DNA of 64,000 nucleotides from an uncultured Gemmatimonadales bacterium (GTDB lineage Bacteria; Gemmatimonadota; Gemmatimonadetes; Gemmatimonadales; GWC2-71-9): NCBI GenBank assembly GCA_963795085.1, contig CAWCFX010000002.1, positions 192,001 to 256,000 of the forward strand, read 5' to 3'. Shown piece by piece: positions 57,587 to 64,000 of this stretch (position 1 is its first letter; each line of letters starts with the position of its first letter). The notes under the pieces were generated by a model. It saw only the letters and a program-made list of their open reading frames with translations, ran no database searches and was not told where the DNA came from. The position numbers and the translations under genes were made by a program.

Positions 57587-58615
57587 ATGGGCAAGAATTC
57601 ACGCGCTGACGATCCTATCGTTCGCCTCCTGCAGGACCGCCAGCAGTATGCGACCTGGCTGTCCCGGCTGGACGCGACCGCCGATACCGCCCCCGAAACG
57701 GTCCGCGGGAAGATCCGCGCGGACTACCAGGCCCGGCTTGATCAGGTCATCGAAGAGTTGCGGAGCCACGCCGACGGTCTGGCCCAGCAACTGGACCGGC
57801 ACCGGGAGACCCGCGCGGAATTGCAGACCCGGGAGGCGCAGGCCAAGGAGATCATGTCGGAGGCGGAGGTGCGCCACGCGGTAGGGGAGTATACCGACGC
57901 CAAGTGGCAGCAGATCCGGGGAGAAGCCCAGAAAAACCTGGTGGCCATCCGGGAAGAACTGGCCTCGCTCTCGGAGGAAATCGCCGAGCTGGAGAAGGTG
58001 CAACAGATGATCTCCGCACCGGCGATGCCGGAATCCGTTCCCGTGCCGGCGCCGGCGCCGCCCGCGCCCATGGCCGCGGTTGCCCCGGAACCGGAAACCC
58101 AGGTGACCGGGGCAGAAGAATCTCTTCTCCCCCATCTCTCGGCCGGGGAGCCCGAGCCGCCCGCTCCCGAACCGACGGCGCCGCCGGAATTCCCCGCACC
58201 GACCCTTCCGGTTTCCCCGCGGGCGGAGGCGGAAACGCCCTCGGCGCCCGCTCGCCCGCCCCGTCCTAAGGACGCGGCCCAGGCGGGCCGGACCCTCTGG
58301 TTTCCATCGGTCAAAGATGAGGAGGTCAACAGCGGGGTGGACGAACTGGCCTTTCTCAAGTCGGTGAGCGAGGACGAGAAGACCGGGCCCAGTGCCCGGC
58401 GGGCCAGCGGCGGAGTTCCGCGTCCTCCCCTCGAGGCGTCGGCGCCTGCCCCGGTGCCGGCTCCTTCATCGAGCCCATCCAATACCGGGCTGGAGAGTGG
58501 CCGTCCCAGCACCTCGACCGGGGCGCGCACTCTCAAGTGCGGCGAATGCGGGACCATGAACCGGCCCACGGAGTGGTATTGCGAGCGCTGCGGGGCGGAG
58601 CTGGCGGACTTGTGA
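57587..58615 (+). CDS. Coiled-coil protein with Pro-rich linker and C-terminal zinc ribbon
   Basis: N-terminal heptad region, PAP-rich middle, 'CGECG..N....WYCERCG'. Confidence 0.8.
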   Translation: MGKNSRADDPIVRLLQDRQQYATWLSRLDATADTAPETVRGKIRADYQARLDQVIEELRSHADGLAQQLDRHRETRAELQTREAQAKEIMSEAEVRHAVGEYTDAKWQQIRGEAQKNLVAIREELASLSEEIAELEKVQQMISAPAMPESVPVPAPAPPAPMAAVAPEPETQVTGAEESLLPHLSAGEPEPPAPEPTAPPEFPAPTLPVSPRAEAETPSAPARPPRPKDAAQAGRTLWFPSVKDEEVNSGVDELAFLKSVSEDEKTGPSARRASGGVPRPPLEASAPAPVPAPSSSPSNTGLESGRPSTSTGARTLKCGECGTMNRPTEWYCERCGAELADL

Positions 58616-58794
58616 CAAGGGGGCAAGAGGGTAAGGGGGCCAGGGGGCAAGACGGGTGGGGGCAAATCAAGGAGCCCAATTACAGAACAAGGGCGAGACC
58701 TTTCGGTTCTCGCCCTTCTTGATGGCATGGTCCTCGTCCCCCGGCTTGTGGGCCCGTTGCCCCCTTTGCCCCCTAGCCCACTTGCCCCCTCTTG
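58616..58794. repeat. Inverted octamer arrays (GGGGCAAG ... CTTGCCCC) flanking a terminator and overlapping the rpsT 3' end
   Basis: Seen directly. Confidence 0.7.
58689..58720. terminator. Intrinsic terminator-like hairpin between convergent genes
   Basis: AAGGGCGAGACC-TTTC-GGTTCTCGCCCTT followed by CTT. Confidence 0.65.
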
Positions 58795-59030
58795 ATTGCC
58801 TTGGCCAGGCGGCTCTTCTGGCGGGCGGCGGTGTTCCGGTGGAGCAGGTTTTTCCGGCCGGCCCGGTCCAGCAGTTTTTCGGCATCGCGGTAGGCGACGG
58901 CGGCGGCCTCGCCGGACGCGGCCCGCACCTTCTTCAGGGCGGTCTTCAACTGGCTGCGCTGCTGGCGATTGGCGGCGGTGGCCTTTCGGGACTGGCGCAT
59001 CCGCTTCTTGGCAGACTTGATCCTCGGCAC
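58773..59030 (-). CDS. rpsT: 30S ribosomal protein S20
   Basis: 'IKSAKKR.RQ', 'H.NTAAR.KSRL'. Confidence 0.96.
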   Translation of the reverse strand: MPRIKSAKKRMRQSRKATAANRQQRSQLKTALKKVRAASGEAAAVAYRDAEKLLDRAGRKNLLHRNTAARQKSRLAKAIKRGQVG

Positions 59031-59254
59031 GGCGTTCCTCGACTGGGTGGCAGATCGGTAATTGCGAGCCGGGAAGAATAGGCAGGAGAGGGAGTTAGGA
59101 CAAGGGGCCCCGGGCCGGGCGCGGCGCAGCTGTGGCCCCTTGCCTCCCGGCCCCCGGGACCACGGGCCCCCTTTTTTCCGCTGGCCTCCGAGTGGTCTCC
59201 CCGATTAGTTTTCGCCATCCATTCACGCGGGATCCATCCCCTGCATCTCCTCTC

Positions 59255-60001
59255 GTGACCCAGCTCGACGTCCCTGCCGCCGCGGTGGGAAGTGAATCTG
59301 GTTTTGTGGTCCAGTTGGATTCGTTCAACGGGCCGCTCGATCTTCTCCTGCACCTGTTGCGGGAGGAGCAGATTGACATCGCGGACATTCCCATCGCCCG
59401 GATCGCCGACCAGTTTCTGCTGGTGATTCACGACCTGGGGCTGAACCAGGCCGCGGACTACCTTGACATGGCGGGCCGGCTGCTCCGGCTCAAGGTGCAG
59501 ATGCTGTTGCCCCGGCGCCTGGAGGACGAGGGCTGGGAGGATCCCCGGCACGAGCTGGTGCGCCGGCTCCTCGAGTACCAGCAGATCCGGGAAATCGTCA
59601 CCTGGATGGAGCGGGCCGTGGACCGGCGGGCGGCGCAGTATGTCCGCGGCTACCTGCCGGCGCCGGCCGAGCTGCCGCCGGCCCCGCTGACCTTCGACCT
59701 GCTGGAAATGCTGCAAGCGGTCGAGCGGGTGATCGCCGCCATTCCGTCGCCGGTGCTGCACCGGGTGGTGGCGCGACCGCTCAACGTCGAAGGGGCGACG
59801 CTTCGCATCGAGGCCCTCCTCCTGGACCGGGAGGAATTTGGCTGGCTCGAGGCGCTGGGCCCCCAGCCGACTATCGCCGACGTTCTCTCCACCTTCCTCG
59901 CGCTGCTGGAACTGGCCCGGCGGGGACGGCTCAACCTTGTCCAACCGGCTCCTTTCGCGCCGATGGTGATCCGCCGTGAATCCGCTCGTCCAACTGATTG
60001 A
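59255..60001 (+). CDS. scpA: Segregation/condensation protein A (start uncertain)
   Basis: 'F.GPLDLLL.L', 'FLALLEL'. Confidence 0.93.
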   Translation: MTQLDVPAAAVGSESGFVVQLDSFNGPLDLLLHLLREEQIDIADIPIARIADQFLLVIHDLGLNQAADYLDMAGRLLRLKVQMLLPRRLEDEGWEDPRHELVRRLLEYQQIREIVTWMERAVDRRAAQYVRGYLPAPAELPPAPLTFDLLEMLQAVERVIAAIPSPVLHRVVARPLNVEGATLRIEALLLDREEFGWLEALGPQPTIADVLSTFLALLELARRGRLNLVQPAPFAPMVIRRESARPTD

Positions 60002-60566
60002 AGCCGCCCTGTTCTCGGCGGCCCGCCCTCTCACCGTCGAGGAGCTGCAGACCCTGGAGCAGGATGCCAGCCTGGCGGACGTGCGCCAGGCCCTGGAGCA
60101 GCTGCGGGAGCTCTACGATTTCAACCAGCATGGCATCGAGGTCGTGGAACTGGCCGGCGGGTACCAGATCGTGACCCGGCCCCACTTCGCCGCCGCGCTG
60201 GAGCGGGCCCAGTTCGCCATCCGCACGCCCAGGATCACCGGGGCCGCGATGGAGACGCTGGCCGTGATCGCCTACCGGCAGCCGGTGGGCCGGGCCGAGA
60301 TCGAGGAAATTCGCGGCGTCTCGGCGGCGGGGGTGCTGCGGACCCTGCAGGAGCGGGGACTGATCGAGGTGGTGGGACGGGGCGAGGAACTGGGCCGGCC
60401 GCTGCTCTACGGCACCACGCCGCTCTTCCTGGAAACGCTGGGGCTGCGGGACCTGACCGACCTGCCCCGCTCGGAGGAGCTGACGATCGCGCTGCAGCCC
60501 CACAAGCCGGAAGAACCGGAGGCCGGTGAGGACGAGGCCGCCGCCTACGTGCCTGCCGAATCATGA
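59976..60566 (+). CDS. scpB: Segregation/condensation protein B
   Basis: 'ETLAVIAYRQPV.RAEIEEIRGV', 'GRP.LYGTT..FL'. Confidence 0.95.
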   Translation: MNPLVQLIEAALFSAARPLTVEELQTLEQDASLADVRQALEQLRELYDFNQHGIEVVELAGGYQIVTRPHFAAALERAQFAIRTPRITGAAMETLAVIAYRQPVGRAEIEEIRGVSAAGVLRTLQERGLIEVVGRGEELGRPLLYGTTPLFLETLGLRDLTDLPRSEELTIALQPHKPEEPEAGEDEAAAYVPAES

Positions 60567-61291
60567 GCGAAATGCGCTTGCAGCGCGCGCTCGCGCGGGC
60601 CGGGATCGCCTCGCGCCGCGCCGCGGAGAAACTGATCGTGGAGGGCCGCGTACGGGTGGATGGCAAGGTGGCGGAGCTGGGTTCCAAGGTGGATCCCGAC
60701 CGGCAATCCATCACGGTGGCCGGCCGCAAAGTCCGGGTGCAGCCGCGCCGCTGGCTCGCTTTTCACAAGCCGCTGGGAATCGTCACCACGGCCGACGACG
60801 AAGCGGGCCGGCGCACCGTGTTCGACTTCATTCCCGACGCCGCCGGCCTGACCTATGTAGGCCGCCTCGACGTCATGACCACCGGGCTCCTCCTGCTCAC
60901 CACCGACGGGGAAGCCGTGCACCGGCTGACCCATCCGAAATACCGGATCAACCGGCGCTACTCGGTGCTGGTGCATGGCAGGCCCACCGATGAAGTCGCT
61001 GCCGCGGTTCGCCAGACGATCAAAGTGGACGAGCGCGAGGTCGTGACCCAGCGGGTGCAGGTGAAGCCCGGAAAGGACGGTCGCAGTATCATCGACCTCA
61101 CCCTGGCGGAGGGCCGGAACCGCGTCGTGCGGAAATGGTGCGAGGCGATGGGGCTCAAGGTCGAGCGGCTGGCCCGGCTCTCCTACGGGCCGGTCCGGCT
61201 TGGCGACCTTCCCGCCGGCCGCTACCGGCCGCTCACGCCGGCGGAGGAATCGGCGCTTTACAAGGCCATCAAGCTGAAAAGCGAGGATTAA
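60563..61291 (+). CDS. rluB: rRNA pseudouridine synthase, RluB/RsuA family
   Basis: S4 domain 'RLQRALARAGIASRR', 'GRLD', 'EGRNR'. Confidence 0.88.
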   Translation: MSEMRLQRALARAGIASRRAAEKLIVEGRVRVDGKVAELGSKVDPDRQSITVAGRKVRVQPRRWLAFHKPLGIVTTADDEAGRRTVFDFIPDAAGLTYVGRLDVMTTGLLLLTTDGEAVHRLTHPKYRINRRYSVLVHGRPTDEVAAAVRQTIKVDEREVVTQRVQVKPGKDGRSIIDLTLAEGRNRVVRKWCEAMGLKVERLARLSYGPVRLGDLPAGRYRPLTPAEESALYKAIKLKSED

Positions 61292-61311
61292 TAGATGAGG
61301 ATGCAGTCCCG

Positions 61312-62289
61312 ATGACGGCCCCGCCCTCCGCCAGGCCCACCGATACCGGCCCCACCCAGGCGGCTGTCAGCGAAGTGGCCCGCCGGGTGGTGGGGCAGGA
61401 TACCATGGTGGAGCGGCTCCTGGTGGGCCTCCTCACCGGGGGCCATGTGCTGCTCGAAGGCGTCCCCGGGCTCGCCAAGACGCTGGCCGTCCGCACACTG
61501 GCGGAGATCATCGACGCCTCGTTCTCCCGGATCCAGTTCACGCCCGACCTGCTCCCGGCGGACCTGATCGGGACCATGATCTTCGACCAGAAAACCCAGG
61601 ACTTCCGGGTCAAGAAGGGACCCCTCTTCGCCCAGATCATCCTGGCCGACGAAATCAACCGGGCGCCCGCCAAGGTGCAGGCCGCCCTGCTGGAAGCGAT
61701 GCAGGAGCACCAGGTCACCATCGGCGGCACCACCTACCGCCTCGAGGAGCCCTTCCTGGTGCTGGCCACCCAGAACCCGATCGAGAGCGAGGGGACCTAC
61801 CCGCTGCCGGAAGCGCAGCTCGACCGGTTCATGCTGAAAGTGCGGGTCGGCTACCCCTCCCGCGACGAAGAGCGGGAAGTGCTCATCCGGATGAGCGGTG
61901 GCACCGACATTCCGGTGCGCCGGATCCTGGACACCGCCACCATCCTGGCATCCCGGAAAACCGTGGCGGGCCTCTACATGGACCAGAAGGTGGTGGACTA
62001 CATCGTGGACGTGGTCCGGGCCACCCGCGACCCGGCCCTCGTGGGCGCGACCGACCTCAAGCCGCTGATCGCGTTCGGCGCCTCGCCCCGGGCGTCCATC
62101 GCGCTGGCCCAGGCAGCCCGGGCCCACGCCTTCCTCCGGGGGCGGAATTACGTGGTCCCCGAGGACGTCAAGGCGCTGGCGCCCGACGTCCTGCGACACC
62201 GGATCGTGCTCACCTTCGAGGCAGAGGCGGAGGACACCGACACCGACGGGATCGTCTCGCGCCTGCTCGACGCGGTGAAGGTACCCTAG
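61312..62289 (+). CDS. MoxR family AAA+ ATPase
   Basis: 'GVPGLAKT', 'ADEINRAP', 'ATQNP.E.EGTY.LPEAQLDRF'. Confidence 0.95.
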   Translation: MTAPPSARPTDTGPTQAAVSEVARRVVGQDTMVERLLVGLLTGGHVLLEGVPGLAKTLAVRTLAEIIDASFSRIQFTPDLLPADLIGTMIFDQKTQDFRVKKGPLFAQIILADEINRAPAKVQAALLEAMQEHQVTIGGTTYRLEEPFLVLATQNPIESEGTYPLPEAQLDRFMLKVRVGYPSRDEEREVLIRMSGGTDIPVRRILDTATILASRKTVAGLYMDQKVVDYIVDVVRATRDPALVGATDLKPLIAFGASPRASIALAQAARAHAFLRGRNYVVPEDVKALAPDVLRHRIVLTFEAEAEDTDTDGIVSRLLDAVKVP

Positions 62290-62290
62290 G

Positions 62291-62358
62291 GCAGAGTGCA
62301 GAGAGCAGAGTGCAGAGGCACTCTGCACTCTGCTCTCCAGACTCTGCACTTTGGACTC
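62291..62358. repeat. Inverted heptamer arrays (GCAGAGT)n / (ACTCTGC)n forming a hairpin
   Basis: Between moxR and the DUF58 gene; same unit as the 25778 array. Confidence 0.85.
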
Positions 62359-62360
62359 CG

Positions 62361-63248
62361 ATGCCAGTCATCTCTCCTGAAGTTCTCAAGCAGGTCAAGC
62401 AGATCGAGTTGCGTACCCGCGGCCTGGTTTCCTCGCTCTTTGCCGGCGAGTACCGGTCGGTGTTCCGGGGGCAGGGCATGGAGTTCGCCGAAGTCCGCGC
62501 CTACGAACAGGGGGACGATTTCCGCGCCATCGACTGGAACGTCTCCGCCCGTCTCGCCAGTCCCTACGTCAAGACCTTTACGGAAGAACGCGAGCTGACG
62601 CTGATGCTGCTGGTGGACCAGTCCGGGTCGACCCGGTTTGGGGAACCCCGCACCAAGGCGGCGCTCGCGGTCGAGGTGGCGGCGGTCCTGGCGCTGGCCG
62701 CGGCCCGGCACAACGACCGGGTCGGCGCCCTGCTCTTCGCCGACCAGGTGGAGCAGGTGATTCCTCCGGCCAAGGGGCGCCGCCACGCGCTCCGGGTCAT
62801 TCGCGATCTGGTGGCCTTCGCGCCGGCGGGCCGGCGCACCAACCTGGCCACCAGCCTGCTCTATGCGGCGGAACTGCTCTGGCACCGGAGCATCGTGGTG
62901 GTGCTTTCCGACTTTTTTGCCGCGGGCTGGGAAGGTCCGCTCCGCCGGCTCGCCGCCCGGCACGAGGTCGTCGCCATCACGGTGGACGATCCCCGGGAAC
63001 AGCAGCTTCCCGATGCCGGGTGGATCGAGTTGGATGATGCGGAAACCGGCCGCCGGGTGCTGGTGGACGCGGGCAACCCGGCCGTCCGGGCCCGGGTCAA
63101 GATGAACGCCGAGAAGCGGCGCGCGGACCGGCACCGGAGCCTCACCACGGCCGGGGTAGACCACATCGCGCTGGCCACCGACCGCGATTACACCCTTCCG
63201 CTGCATCGCGCCTTCGCCATGCGCGCCCGGCGGCTTCACCGCGGATGA
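62361..63248 (+). CDS. DUF58 (VWA-like) protein
   Basis: 'G.EFAEVR.Y..GDD.R.IDW.VSAR', 'DQSGS', 'SDF'. Confidence 0.93.
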   Translation: MPVISPEVLKQVKQIELRTRGLVSSLFAGEYRSVFRGQGMEFAEVRAYEQGDDFRAIDWNVSARLASPYVKTFTEERELTLMLLVDQSGSTRFGEPRTKAALAVEVAAVLALAAARHNDRVGALLFADQVEQVIPPAKGRRHALRVIRDLVAFAPAGRRTNLATSLLYAAELLWHRSIVVVLSDFFAAGWEGPLRRLAARHEVVAITVDDPREQQLPDAGWIELDDAETGRRVLVDAGNPAVRARVKMNAEKRRADRHRSLTTAGVDHIALATDRDYTLPLHRAFAMRARRLHRG

Positions 63249-64000
63249 TGCTCCTGCTCCTGCTGATGCTGCAGCAGTCGCCCGGCCCCGCCACGGTCGG
63301 GGACACGCTCTGGGCCAGCCGTTCGCTCACGCTATCGCCCGGCGACCGGGTCCGTCCCGCCGCCTGGGAGCTGGACGGGGTGGTCCAGCTGCTGGGGCGG
63401 CCGGTCACCCTGGTCAGCGGGAACCGGGCGCTGGTTCGCTATCCGCTGGTGGCGTGGGAGGCGGGCAGCCATGTCCTCGATGTTCCGGGGCCCATCGTGA
63501 CCAGGGCCAGCGGAGCGGAGGATACGCTCGGATCGCACACCGTCACGTTCATTGTGCGCAGCGTCCTGCCCTCCGGGGTTCCCGACTCCCAGCTCGCGGT
63601 TCAACCGCCCGCGTTTCCGGTGCTGCGCGGGTTCCGCTCTCTCCTTCCCGCGCTGGTGCTGACGGCGGCCGGCGCCCTGCTGCTGGTTCCGCTCCACTGG
63701 TGGTGGCGGCGGCGGGGCCGGCCGGCGGCGGTGGCGAGGGCCGCCGGTGACCCGGAGGGTCCGCCGGAGGACATGGTGCGCCGCTGGGCCGATGCCGGCG
63801 AACGCCGGACCGTCGCGGGTATCGCCGCGCTCCGCCTCCGCGAGGCCATCGCCGAGTCGCTCCCCGCGGCCCACCCGGCCCTCGACACCGGCGCGGTGCT
63901 CGCCCTCGTGGAACGGGAGCGTCCCGACTGGCCCCGCGATGACCTGCGGGAAGCGCTGGAAAGTCTCGACGGCCTTCGCTTCGCCCCGTCCCGCGCCGGC
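63245..64000 (+). CDS. Membrane protein of the MoxR/Bat-type operon (3' truncated)
   Basis: ATGA overlap; MMLLLLLMLQQ...TVGD, later TM + WWWRRR; runs to the window edge. Confidence 0.6.
   Translation, partial: MMLLLLLMLQQSPGPATVGDTLWASRSLTLSPGDRVRPAAWELDGVVQLLGRPVTLVSGNRALVRYPLVAWEAGSHVLDVPGPIVTRASGAEDTLGSHTVTFIVRSVLPSGVPDSQLAVQPPAFPVLRGFRSLLPALVLTAAGALLLVPLHWWWRRRGRPAAVARAAGDPEGPPEDMVRRWADAGERRTVAGIAALRLREAIAESLPAAHPALDTGAVLALVERERPDWPRDDLREALESLDGLRFAPSRAG

Overview
High-GC bacterial chromosomal window. Gene order and sequence style suggest Gemmatimonadota, which is an inference only. Most of it is housekeeping: a complete nuoA-N operon, dcd, a phosphohexomutase, UPF0182, carbamate kinase, sucCD, ndk, yceD-rpmF-plsX-fabHDG-acpP-fabF, tRNA-Ser(GGA), pyrR-pyrB-pyrC, rpsT, scpAB, a pseudouridine synthase and a MoxR/DUF58 operon. 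Three accessory loci stand out. (1) 1592-7802 is a lasso-peptide-like RiPP cluster: RRE, Asn-synthetase-like cyclase, a 46-aa precursor (predicted core AFEPGTNTDFTMSSF), an HPr-kinase-like kinase, a membrane Thr-type sulfatase-superfamily enzyme, a degenerate pseudokinase paralog and a nucleotidyltransferase. No B2 leader peptidase or exporter is visible in the window. (2) 49264-54689 is a likely copper-uptake operon (TonB receptor, BNR-repeat lipoprotein, CopC, CopD) headed by a CruR/DUF2946-like upstream ORF ending in TAPP instead of RAPP. (3) 44352-47466 is an ECF sigma operon whose anti-sigma and outer-membrane protein both carry glycogen-binding CBM48-like domains. Also seen: a family of intergenic inverted tandem-repeat hairpins, paired MarR operators, several leaderless-type promoters, and two single-C frameshifts in fabH/fabD that are probably sequencing errors. 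All family assignments are from motif recognition by eye; no searches were run.
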